Shown in pieces: positions 30,944-40,500 of a stretch of 64,000 nt of DNA (within the stretch, counting starts at the first letter, position 1; every line of letters begins with the position of its first letter). The translations under genes and the position numbers were made by a program. Source of the stretch: Akkermansia muciniphila. Its GTDB lineage: Bacteria; Verrucomicrobiota; Verrucomicrobiia; Limisphaerales; UBA9464. The stretch is from NCBI GenBank assembly GCA_945883815.1, contig CAMCYJ010000010.1, positions 1,047 through 65,046 of the forward strand, read 5' to 3'. The notes beneath the pieces are model-generated. The model saw only the letters and a list, made by a program, of their open reading frames with translations. It made no database searches and was not told the origin of the DNA.

Positions 30944-31050
30944 TTCCTGCGAGGGTGCGAGCGCAGGCCTGATCCCGCGGAGCGCCCCAAATACGCGAAG
31001 CGGAGCGGGATCGGGCCGCAGTGAGCCTTGGAGGCGATCAACTCAACGAA
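30944..31050. repeat. Single (partial) copy of the ~137-bp hairpin element family
   Basis: CCCCGAGCCTTCC...GCGCAGGCCTGATCCCGCGGAGCGCC...GCGGAGCGGGATCGGGCCGCAGTGAGCCTTGGAGGCGATCAAC aligns by eye with the units at 32925-33292 and 43657-43900. Confidence 0.65.
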
Positions 31051-31358
31051 TCGGAGGCATCCTTGTTCCTCCCGCGTGCCTGTTAACCTGAACCGAAAAA
31101 GCATAGCCTCAATGTCACGGCGTTATCGGCGTACTGGTCAAAGAGTTGACCTGAACAAGAACGGTCTCATGCGCCTTACCCAACCCCTCTACCACGGCCT
31201 CTGCGCAGCCCCATCTTGGCGAAAAAAAAACTACGGCTCAACTGCGGCGCCGGGGATCAACAACGTGAGCGCAATCCATGAAGACTAAATGGCTTTTGGT
31301 TTTAGCGATGGAACCCTGATTTCAGGTGTTCGATGGACAGATGGCAGACACTCCACAT

Positions 31359-32867
31359 TTACGGCGATCTCACGCGGTAAAATCGTTTCGTATCGTTCGT
31401 CAGCGGTTCCGTCGTGAATAGGAAAAGGCCAGAACCGTTATTGGTGGGCGAGCCGACCACGGTCCAATGGGTTGGGGACAAAGATAGGTCGGTGCTGGAC
31501 AGCACGGTGAAGGTCGCGCCGGTGTTGTTAGTGAACGCCAATTGGTAGGCTCCATTCGGCAGCATCTTCGAACCCGTCAAAACCGGCGGCAGCGCGCCTC
31601 CGAGCGGCGAGACGCTGGCCGGCAAATTGGCATGGGTCAGAGTTTCGTGAACCAAGTTCCAGACGGCCCGTTGAGCATTGGGCCGGATTTGATTCACGAT
31701 GAGCTTCCCAGTATTCGTCATGGGGAGCCCCGCCCGGTTATGGTAGTGATTGTAACCCACCTCCCAGGATTCGAAACGACTGGCGGAGGGGGTGTTGTTG
31801 GCGGACGTGCCTTGCATCGAACCGGTAAGAAACTGGGACGCCATCAACTCCAGCGCCTCCGTGAAGCGCTGCGTATTCGCCGTGTACACATCCACGCCTT
31901 GGTGCCAGGCGGTTTCTGCCGCGTGAAGCGCCGATCCCAGTGCGAACTGCGTGTGGTGACCGTTGTCCCGGCACGTTTCCTGGGTCAGGCCATTGGTCCA
32001 CCGGGTGGGATTGAACCAAAAATTCTGCACGTTGCCGCCATCACCCGCGATTGGCGGCGGTGTTCCCGCAGAGGTGAGATAAATAAAACTAGGGAGACGC
32101 TTTGCCAGGCGAGTGAGACCCGCATTGAACTCCGCAGTGTCTTCGTTAAAGACGGCAATCGCCATCATGGCGTCGATTTGCGTCAAATCCACGTTGCCAT
32201 TCCAGGTGCTCATCCTGTTCAACTGCGGATAAAAGGCCCGTTTGAACATGGCTTGTAGATGGCCGATGTCGTTGGTGGTCCAGCCCGGATAACCCCGCAT
32301 AATTTCGGCTGCCGGGGCAAACACCGCGCCAATCCAGCCCGCCTGCAACTTGTCCTGATCGGAGCCGGCGGTGAAGGATTGCAAATTCGTCCACGAATTT
32401 AAGATGGCGATCGAGCGGTTCGCATAGATCGCGTTGCCCGAGTAATACCAGAGGAGCGCCTGGGTGTACGAAGCGATGGCGTCATCTCGCGAAAGTTCAG
32501 CGTCACCGCTGCTGGATTTGATGGTCGTCTTCCCATGTGGCGTACGTGTGGCGTAACTGGAAGCCACGAGTCGGTCGAACTCGGCTCTCCACGGCTGGGC
32601 CTTCGCCTGGATTTTAGCCTTAACGAAGTCCAGTTCGCCTCTGGAATCCAGCGCACCCGGATGCACAAAAGAGGCGGCGGCATAGGTGATGGATTGAGAG
32701 CCGGAGTGCTTGGTGGTGCTGTGATTTAAATCAACCGTCGCCCCGCTTTGACTTTGCCAACCATTTTGGAGTGCGTCGTCGTAAATCAGTTGGTCGGCAT
32801 GGGTGGCAGCCGTGATCGCCAAGGCGGCAATCGCCAAGGCCCAGTGTTTAAGACAATTCATGACCAT
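31359..32867 (-). CDS. Exported polysaccharide (alginate-type) lyase family protein with C-terminal FYRVRSP module
   Basis: Start trimmed to MVMNCLKHWALAIAALAITAATHA (signal). RDDAIASYTQALLWYYSGNAIYANRSIAILNSWT and CRDNGHHTQFALG resemble the alginate-lyase (PF05426-type) alpha/alpha toroid pattern, recalled from memory. Confidence 0.65.
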   Translation of the reverse strand: MVMNCLKHWALAIAALAITAATHADQLIYDDALQNGWQSQSGATVDLNHSTTKHSGSQSITYAAASFVHPGALDSRGELDFVKAKIQAKAQPWRAEFDRLVASSYATRTPHGKTTIKSSSGDAELSRDDAIASYTQALLWYYSGNAIYANRSIAILNSWTNLQSFTAGSDQDKLQAGWIGAVFAPAAEIMRGYPGWTTNDIGHLQAMFKRAFYPQLNRMSTWNGNVDLTQIDAMMAIAVFNEDTAEFNAGLTRLAKRLPSFIYLTSAGTPPPIAGDGGNVQNFWFNPTRWTNGLTQETCRDNGHHTQFALGSALHAAETAWHQGVDVYTANTQRFTEALELMASQFLTGSMQGTSANNTPSASRFESWEVGYNHYHNRAGLPMTNTGKLIVNQIRPNAQRAVWNLVHETLTHANLPASVSPLGGALPPVLTGSKMLPNGAYQLAFTNNTGATFTVLSSTDLSLSPTHWTVVGSPTNNGSGLFLFTTEPLTNDTKRFYRVRSP

Positions 32868-32924
32868 CGTTCTCTCAATTCTTGCGTCCAATACCCTCGT
32901 AGTCCCTCGGCCCAATAATATTAT

Positions 32925-33292
32925 CCCAACCCCTCGCGCGCACAGCGCGAAAGCCCCATCCTCCCCAGAACCTCCTCAGCGAGCGCAGGCCCGATCCCGC
33001 GGAGCGCCCCATACGCCAAGCGGAGCGGGATCAGGCCGCAGCAAGCCTTGGAGGCAAACAACAAAATCCCCTCGCGCAAAGCGCGAAAGCCCTCCCCTCC
33101 CCAGAGCCTCCTCAGCGAGCGCAGGCCCGATCCCGCGGAGCGCCAAAACACGCCCAAGCGAAGCGGGATCGGTCCGCAGCGAGCCTTGGAGGCGAACAAC
33201 AAAATCCCTCGCGCAAAGCGCGAAAGCCCCATCCTCCCCAGAGCCTCCTCAGCGAGCGCAGGACCGATCCCGCGGAGCGCCCCAACTCTTCA
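32925..33292. repeat. Tandem array (~2.6 copies) of a 137-138 bp hairpin-rich non-coding element
   Basis: CTCGCGC anchors at 32933, 33071 and 33208. Each unit has the mini-hairpin TCGCGC-loop-GCGCGA and the inverted repeat CCGATCCCGC...GCGGGATC(G/A)G nested in GCCTCC...GGAGGC. Confidence 0.85.
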
Positions 33293-33429
33293 GAGATAGG
33301 ACTCTTACAGACTCTTAACAAATCTCCTGAATCCACCCATCAACCCTTAACACCGCGGGTGTTTATTGATCTCGAAACAAAGGCGGACCCACCGCCCAAA
33401 AAAACAAAACAACAAACAGACACACACCC

Positions 33430-33840
33430 ATGAAACTCATCCACAAGACCCTCCTGATGGCCACCGCCGCTGCCGCCCTGAGCCTGGCCGCCGCTGAAAC
33501 CGACTCCAACCACCCGACCCGCCATGAAGGCCGCGGACGCCCAGTGCCCCCGGTCATCGCAGCCCTCGACGCCAACGGAGATGGCGTCATCGACACGGTG
33601 GAGATCTCCAACGCGGTCGCCGTCTTGGCCAAGCTCGATGCCAACGGCGACGGAAACCTCAGCGGCGACGAATTGCACCCGGCTCGGCCCGAAGGCGGCC
33701 CCGGTGATCGCGGTCACCGCGGCGGACCTGGCGGCAAAGACGCCGGAAAGCGCCGTGGACCAGGTGGACCCGGCGGCCCGGGTGGTGGCCCTGAAGGCCA
33801 TGGCCGTGGACCTCGCCCAGAAGCCAACGCGGCCGAGTAA
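33430..33840 (+). CDS. Secreted EF-hand calcium-binding protein with Gly/Pro/Arg-rich tail
   Basis: Signal [22 protein letters not shown]. Two canonical 12-residue loops, [12 protein letters not shown] and [12 protein letters not shown]. Confidence 0.8.
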   Translation: MKLIHKTLLMATAAAALSLAAAETDSNHPTRHEGRGRPVPPVIAALDANGDGVIDTVEISNAVAVLAKLDANGDGNLSGDELHPARPEGGPGDRGHRGGPGGKDAGKRRGPGGPGGPGGGPEGHGRGPRPEANAAE

Positions 33841-33903
33841 GCACCACCGCAGACCCGCAGAGGGCAGCCCCCTCAACAACACACAAACTCTGATCGCAAC
33901 GAG

Positions 33904-33936
33904 CGTGGCCACCAAAATCCGGTGGCCACGTTTTTT
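33904..33936 (+). terminator. Rho-independent terminator
   Basis: Perfect 10-bp stem CGTGGCCACC / GGTGGCCACG, loop AAAATCC, then TTTTTT. Confidence 0.85.
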
Positions 33937-34526
33937 GCGCGCCACGGATTGCTGATCTGGGTCGACATCATCGACACGATCGTTCTGCGAAATACCTCCC
34001 CTCGAAACAGCCCGCGATCAGTCGGCGCACAAGCCGTAACCCCACCACTGCTGCCACCCGACCCGGCCCGGCGGCGGACATCTACCGGACAATCTTTGTA
34101 GGCAAACCGGGCCGATGGATTGCACCGCAGTCACGGCGTATTCTGATCACACCTCGGGCAACCACCTCATCCCCAGGTGGGACAAGAACCCGCATGGAAC
34201 CCCTCCATCCGGTCGCTAAATTCACAGGTGGTTCAAGTCTCTGTCCTAAGGCTTGGCACCCTCATCCATCGTCTCAACTCATCATGCAACCCATTCACAT
34301 CCGCTGCGGACAACTCTCCGTGAAACACCGCTGCGAGCACCATGTCCATGGTCCCCATTCCACGCTGGCTGCCAGCGGTTCCGCGGGTGCCAAATCACAA
34401 CTGCACCGAGTGGACCACCATCGGGGGAGGATCCGGTGACAGGGCCGTCAACCCGGTGCTGCGACCCATCGCGGGGGATTCAACGGCGCGACCAAGCCCC
34501 GGACAATGGGCACAAACGGGACGGCT

Positions 34527-37307
34527 TCAACCCGTCGTCCGAAGCCCACTGGCAATGGCATTGATGGTCAGGAGGAGTTCCGGGAGTCGAGCTTGAGCTC
34601 CTTCGGTATCGCCGGTCTTGAGCAATGAGCGCCATTGTTGCAACAGCGTGATTTGCTGACGGTGGAGCGTGCGCAACGGGCCCACACGCAACGCCAACGT
34701 GCGTCCCAACCGGGGTCGATGCCGCACAAACTCCGTGCCCAGCAGGAGAGCCAGGCTGCTGTGAGTCCGGTGCCACTCCGACTCGATTCGCTGCCAAATC
34801 CGCTCACGAAGCTCGGGCTCCTCCACCAGGGCCGCGTAGTCGCGCATCACTTCCAGGTCACTGCTGGCCAGCGACGTCTCGATGTTGGTGATCAAGTAAC
34901 GGAGGAAGGGCACCGTTCGCACCTGCTCCCGCAGCGCGGCCAACTCGGTTGGCGACAGCGCGGCCAAAGCGCTCCCGGCCCCATACCATCCCGTGAGGTA
35001 AAATCGGGCTTGGGTCCAAGAGAACACCCAGGGGATGGCGCGCAAGTCCGTCAGGCTCGCCTGTCCGGTGCGGCGGGAAGGCCGTGAGCCGATGCGCGTG
35101 TTCTCCAGCGCATCGAGCGGGGTGGCCTGCCGGTGGAAGGTCAGGAATCCATCGGTCTCCAGCAGCGAGCGGTACTCGCGGCTCGACTCCGCCGCCAACC
35201 GATCCATCAAGGGTACCAGCGCCTCGGGGAAGTCTCCTCCCCGCCGGTGATACCAAGTGGTTGCCGTCACCCCGGCCAACAAAAGCTCCAGGTTGTAGCG
35301 CGCCGTGCCCGGATTGCCGTACTTCTGGGCAATGGTCTCACCCTGCTCGGTCAATCGGATCGCCCCACCCAATGATCCCGGAGGCAAGGCTTCCAGAAAA
35401 CGGTGCGTGGGCCCCGCGCCGCGACTAATGGTGCCGCCGCGGCCGTGGAAGAACTGCACCTGAACCCCGGCCTGTCTTCCAATCTGCGCCAGACGAGCCT
35501 GTCCCCGTTGGAGAGCCCACTGGCTGGCCACGATGCCCGCATCCTTGTTGGAATCCGAGTAGCCCACCATCACCTGCTGCAACAACCGGCCCGGACGTCC
35601 GGCCCGGTTTGCATGATGGGCCAGGCTGGCGCGAGTCACCGGGAATTCCAGGAAGGCACGCAGCATCTCCGGACCCCGCTCAAGGTCTTCGACCGTTTCC
35701 AGCAACGGCACCACCGGCAACAAACACACCATGCCCTCGGGATACAAACGCAAGAGCCCCGCCTCGCGGGCCAGGACATACACACCCAAGAGGTCCGACA
35801 GACGCCGGGTCATGCTGACGATCAATGCCCCAAGTCCATCGACTCCGTGAATTTTCAGGTGCTCGGCCAACACCCGATAAGTGCCCAGGACCGCGTCGGC
35901 CTCAGGCCCTGCCGAGGCCGAGGGATGCAAGAACGGGCGGGGCGAACGGATCTCGCGCTCCAACAACCGCAATCGCTCGGTCTCCGTCCATTCTTCCCAC
36001 TGAGAGGCATCAATGCCGGCCGCACACAGCAACTGGCGGAGGGCCCGATCGTGGAAGGCGGAGTTCTGGCGGATGTCGAGGTTGGCGAGATGGAACCCCA
36101 CGGAAGCCAGAACGCGTCGGACCGGGGCGACATCATGGTCGGCCAAGCGACCCGCCCCCGCCTGGGTCAACGAGGTCTGCAAGGTCTGAAGATCGGCATC
36201 CAACTCGGAGGGCTGGCGGTATCGGCCGGGTTCATCGCGGACCTGGGCCAACTGCCCCGGGTGGACTTCCACGGGTAGCCGGGCCGCCATGAGTTCCACC
36301 GTCTGCCGCCAGGGCTCGCCGGGATGCATCTTCAGAACCGGTCGGGCCGCGTCGCCCAAGAGGGCCACGCTCTGATCGCGGAGCGCAGAGAGACTGCTCG
36401 GTGCCGGTTGTATCCATTCGGAGAGCGGCAACCGTTCGGCCAGGGCATTCAACTGCCGGTGCAGGACCACCAAGGCATTGGCCCGCAGACGTTCCAGCGT
36501 CTCGGCCGTCACCTCCGCCGTGACTCCGGGATGACCGTCGCGGTCGCCACCCACCCAGGTCCCAAAACGCAGGGAAGGCACACCCGGACCGGTTGCCAAA
36601 GCGGCCATCGGCAGGCCCGCCCGTTCCCAGGCATTCTTGAGGCGGCGGTCCAACTCGGGCACCACATCGGGCAGCACGTCGCGCAAGTAGTTGAGGACGT
36701 TGCGGCGCTCATCGGCCACGGTGGGCTTTTCGATGAGGATCTCGCCCGTGCGCCAGAGGCGTTCCAACAGCACGGTCAGCTCGATCCGGTGGGCACGGCG
36801 GGTCCCGGACTGACTGGCGCTCTGGAGCAACTGCATGAGCATGCGGTGCTGCTCCAACACGGACGCACGCTTGGCCTCCGTGGGATGCGCCGTGAAGACC
36901 GGCTCCACCTCCACGCTGCGGAGGGCCTCCAGGATCGATTCAGGAGTGCCTCCCGCCCGGACCAACTCCACCAACTGATCAGCCCAAAGGCCCCGCTCGG
37001 CCTCGGGCGATCCCGACTCCTCGCGCCGGTCGCGCAAGGTCTCCGAGACGCGCTCTTCGACCGTGTTGAGAAGCTGAAATGCCATGGCCAGGGCCAGGCC
37101 CAACCGGGCGGGCGGCTGCCCCTCAGTGGAAAGCGCCGGGTCGGTCTGGGAGGCCCACGGAACCCATCGGGCCAGTTCGCCCTCACCCAGAGTCGAGAGC
37201 ACTTCGACCAGCGAATCGGACAACCAACGGATATCCTGATCGATCTGGCGGAATCCCCACTCGACGGAGTCAAGGGTCACGGAATTCTCTGGAGGGGTTG
37301 TGGGCAT
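34527..37307 (-). CDS. ppc: Phosphoenolpyruvate carboxylase
   Basis: 926 aa. TAHPTE, VMVGYSDSNKDAG, FHGRGGTISRGAGP and C-terminal GLRTTG. Confidence 0.95.
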   Translation of the reverse strand: MPTTPPENSVTLDSVEWGFRQIDQDIRWLSDSLVEVLSTLGEGELARWVPWASQTDPALSTEGQPPARLGLALAMAFQLLNTVEERVSETLRDRREESGSPEAERGLWADQLVELVRAGGTPESILEALRSVEVEPVFTAHPTEAKRASVLEQHRMLMQLLQSASQSGTRRAHRIELTVLLERLWRTGEILIEKPTVADERRNVLNYLRDVLPDVVPELDRRLKNAWERAGLPMAALATGPGVPSLRFGTWVGGDRDGHPGVTAEVTAETLERLRANALVVLHRQLNALAERLPLSEWIQPAPSSLSALRDQSVALLGDAARPVLKMHPGEPWRQTVELMAARLPVEVHPGQLAQVRDEPGRYRQPSELDADLQTLQTSLTQAGAGRLADHDVAPVRRVLASVGFHLANLDIRQNSAFHDRALRQLLCAAGIDASQWEEWTETERLRLLEREIRSPRPFLHPSASAGPEADAVLGTYRVLAEHLKIHGVDGLGALIVSMTRRLSDLLGVYVLAREAGLLRLYPEGMVCLLPVVPLLETVEDLERGPEMLRAFLEFPVTRASLAHHANRAGRPGRLLQQVMVGYSDSNKDAGIVASQWALQRGQARLAQIGRQAGVQVQFFHGRGGTISRGAGPTHRFLEALPPGSLGGAIRLTEQGETIAQKYGNPGTARYNLELLLAGVTATTWYHRRGGDFPEALVPLMDRLAAESSREYRSLLETDGFLTFHRQATPLDALENTRIGSRPSRRTGQASLTDLRAIPWVFSWTQARFYLTGWYGAGSALAALSPTELAALREQVRTVPFLRYLITNIETSLASSDLEVMRDYAALVEEPELRERIWQRIESEWHRTHSSLALLLGTEFVRHRPRLGRTLALRVGPLRTLHRQQITLLQQWRSLLKTGDTEGAQARLPELLLTINAIASGLRTTG

Positions 37308-37590
37308 GGGATTGGTTGACGGTCCGGTCGTTTGGGTAACCTGAACCCCTGCCTAGTGCCACGGGTCGGGCAATACGTCAAACCGGTGCTCCGACAGGTC
37401 CATCGCGAGTGCCCCCCTTTTGAAGGAAATCCCGGTTGCCTCCCCGAGCATCGAAGGGTATCGCCAAACGATACGACTGACTCTCCGTTTTCACTCTGCA
37501 GGGACAGCGGCGATGGAATGGATTCTCTCAATGCTCGCATCGAGTTTATCAATTCGGTCCACGGGGCCTGGTCGGCCAAGCTTCAACATC

Positions 37591-40500
37591 ATGAACTCCG
37601 CAACTAGTTTCCTGCTATTCCTTCTGGCCCTCCTGCCGCTCGGGGCCTCCGCGATCGCTCAGGAGTCCCGCTCCATCCCTCCGGCCTTGCGAGAGTGGGA
37701 ATCCTGGGCCACCTGGAACGACCCGCACCGCTTCTGCCCGACACCCTATTCCGATCCGAAAACTCACCGATGCTTCTGGCCCTCCCGATTGGAGCTTCAG
37801 GTGACCAACTCCGGCGGGAGTTTTGCCCTGTCGGTGACGGCCTTCCATGAAACTTGGATCCCGCTGCCGGGAGGTTCCGAGGTCTGGCCGCAGGAAGTTC
37901 AGGCCGGTGGAAAACCAATGGTCGTGGTAGAACGGGATGGAGTTCCTTCGGTGCGGGTGGTCGCCGGCGATACCCGACTGGAGGGGCGCTACCGTTGGAC
38001 CGAACTGCCCCAGAACCTCCGGATTCCCGCCTCGCTGGGAATTCTCGCACTCAGTCGGGATGGCAAGGTGGTGGAGAACCCCGCCTGGGATGCACAAGGA
38101 CTGCTCTGGCTCCGGCGTGATGGCACGACAGAAACCACCGAGCGCAATTTCCTGGGCGTGAAACTCTTCTCGGTTCTCGAAGACGGAATTCCCCTGTGGT
38201 GGCGCCAGGAAGTGGAATTGACCGTCGCGGGCAAGAGCCGCGAAGAAGACTTGGGGACCCTGCTGCCCGAAGGATGGAAACTGGCCGCAATCCAGTCACC
38301 CATTCCCGTGAGCGTGGACGATTCAGGACACGCCAAAGCCCAGGTGCGGGCCGGCACGTGGACCCTCCGCCTCGATGCCTTCCGTTTGGACAATCCCCGG
38401 GAAATCCAATTTGCCCGCGGGACCCGGAAGCCCGTGGCCGACGAGTTGGTCGCATTCCGAGCCCGGCCTGAATTCCGAGTCGTGGAGATCATCGGACCCC
38501 CGGCCATTGATCCGTCGCAAAGCTATTTTCCCAAAGCCTGGCAGGGGCTCCCGGTGTACCGCTGGGATGTTGCCACGACCGTCAAACTGGTGGAACGCAT
38601 GCGCGGCATGGGAACCCAGAAGCCCGCAGGCTTGAGCATCGTTCGGGAGATGTGGCTGGACGAAGGCGGGCAGGGCCTGACCTTTCAGGACCGTATTTCC
38701 GGTCAAATGCAACAGGTCTGGCGTCTCGATGCGGCCGAAGGCCAGGAGTTGGGATCCGTACGCAGCGGTGGCGAAGGTCAGCTCATCACCCGCAATCCCG
38801 AGAACGGGGCCATCGGTGTGGAACTCCGCTCCCGGACTGTCGAAGTGGAGGCCATCGGTCGGTTGTCCAACCCGTCTTCCTTGCCGGCGACCGGCTGGCG
38901 CTCCGATGCAGAATCGGTCCAAGTGCAGTTGCACCTGCCGCCCGGCTGGAGGCTCTTCGCCCTCTTCGGAGCCGATTGGGTCCAAGGTGACTGGCTCACC
39001 GCGTGGACTCTGCTGGATTTGTTCCTGCTGCTGATCTTCACCCTGGCGGTCTTCCGGATCCGGGGCTGGGCCACAGCGCTTTTGGCCTTTGTCGCCTTCG
39101 GTCTCTCCTACCACGAGCACGGCGCTCCCAAGTTCTTGTGGCTCATCCTGCTGGTGCCCATCGCCCTCGAACCCCATATCCCCCAAGGTCTGGGACGGCG
39201 TTTGCTGCGAATCGGACAAGCGCTGTCCATCGGCACGTTGCTCTTCTTCCTCGTTCCCTTCCTGACGCGGCAAATCCAGCAGGCCTTGTACCCGCAACTC
39301 GAAAGGACCGAAGTCACCCCCACACCCATTCCGGGCGAGGGGGTGGACGGCTTCAATGCGCCGGTGGCGGCCAACAACGCAGCCTCGCCCCGGCGTGCGG
39401 GGGCTCCATCGAAAGAGCTGATGCAACGCTATGGATTGTCCTCGGCGGCTTCCAACTTGTCCGATTCCCAAGCCGCCCCTGCCCAATCACAGGCGTCGTT
39501 CGAGAACCTTCGACAAGACGTCAAGGCACGGATCCAAACGGGGCCCGGGTTGCCGGAATGGACTTGGCGCTCGGTGAGCTTCGGATGGAAAGGCCCGGTT
39601 CAGGGTTCGCAGCGGTTGCACCCGGTGCTCATCCCGCAACCGGTCGAGCGGCTACTCACCCTCCTTCGAACCGTCCTGCTGCTGGCCCTCGGTACCACGC
39701 TGTTGAGGCAGGGGCGATCCCAGGCCGGCAACACGAATCCCCCGGTTTCCATGGGTACTCCAGCGGCCACAACTGCAGCCGCCACCGTGGTCTTGTGGTT
39801 GGCCTCGACTCTGTTCACCGGCACGTCCTTGCAGGCCGCCGAGGCACCGGCGCGGGTGAACCCACCGAGCCAGGCACCGGTCCAACAAATTGTCAGTGCT
39901 CCGGTAGCCGCACCGACGACCTCAGCCGGGATTCCGGATGCGACCACCGTGGAAACCCTCCGAAAGCGGTTGTTGGAAAAATCCGACGCCTTCCCGAATG
40001 CGGCCAGCATTTCGGCCGTCGCCATGAAACTCAGCGGCCAACAGCTGCAAATGGACGTCGAAATACACTGCGCCGCCGAGGCCGCCGTCCCGCTGCCTGG
40101 ACGCCTTCCGGCCTATTCTCCTCTCTCGGTGGTCGTCAACGGGCGGTGGGCCGCCGCACTGCGCCGCGACGATGGCTACCTGTGGGTCGTGCTGCCACCC
40201 GGTGTCCATCGCGTCCGCGTGGAGGCCTTGTTGACCAACACCGGCGACTGGGAATGGAGCTACCTGCTCAAACCGCGTCAGGTGACCATCGAAGCCCCGG
40301 ACTGGACCGTGGTCGGGGTCCGCGCCGATGGCGTCCCGGAGCAACAAGTCTTCTTCTCGCCGAAACAAAAAGTGGCCGCCGCCGCTGCCACCTATGATCG
40401 ACAAGATCTCCAGCCGATCGTGGCCGTGGAGCGCCGTCTGGAGTTGGGCCTGCAGTGGCAAATCCGAACCGTCATCCAACGCCTTTCACCTGTGGGCAAG

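Noticed and set aside
31028-31288. 86-aa plus-strand ORF in the lower-GC gap downstream of the lyase-family gene, and a T9 run on the minus strand (31222-31230) as a possible lyase terminator.
   Set aside because: Codon composition is unlike neighbouring genes, with no motifs and no ribosome-binding context. No stable hairpin precedes the T-run.
32925-33292. Considered a CRISPR array because of the regular repeats.
   Set aside because: The period is 137-138 bp with the whole unit repeated. There are no short direct repeats separated by unique spacers, and no cas genes in the window.
33340-33945. 201-aa minus-strand ORF covering the EF-hand gene.
   Set aside because: The plus-strand frame encodes a signal peptide and two canonical EF-hand loops and ends at a textbook terminator. 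The minus ORF is an Ala/Arg/Gly-rich shadow.
34215-34250. GGTTCAAGTC string resembling a tRNA/tmRNA T-arm.
   Set aside because: The flanking 5-mers (GGTGG / CTCTG) cannot pair, and no acceptor or anticodon stems can be drawn.
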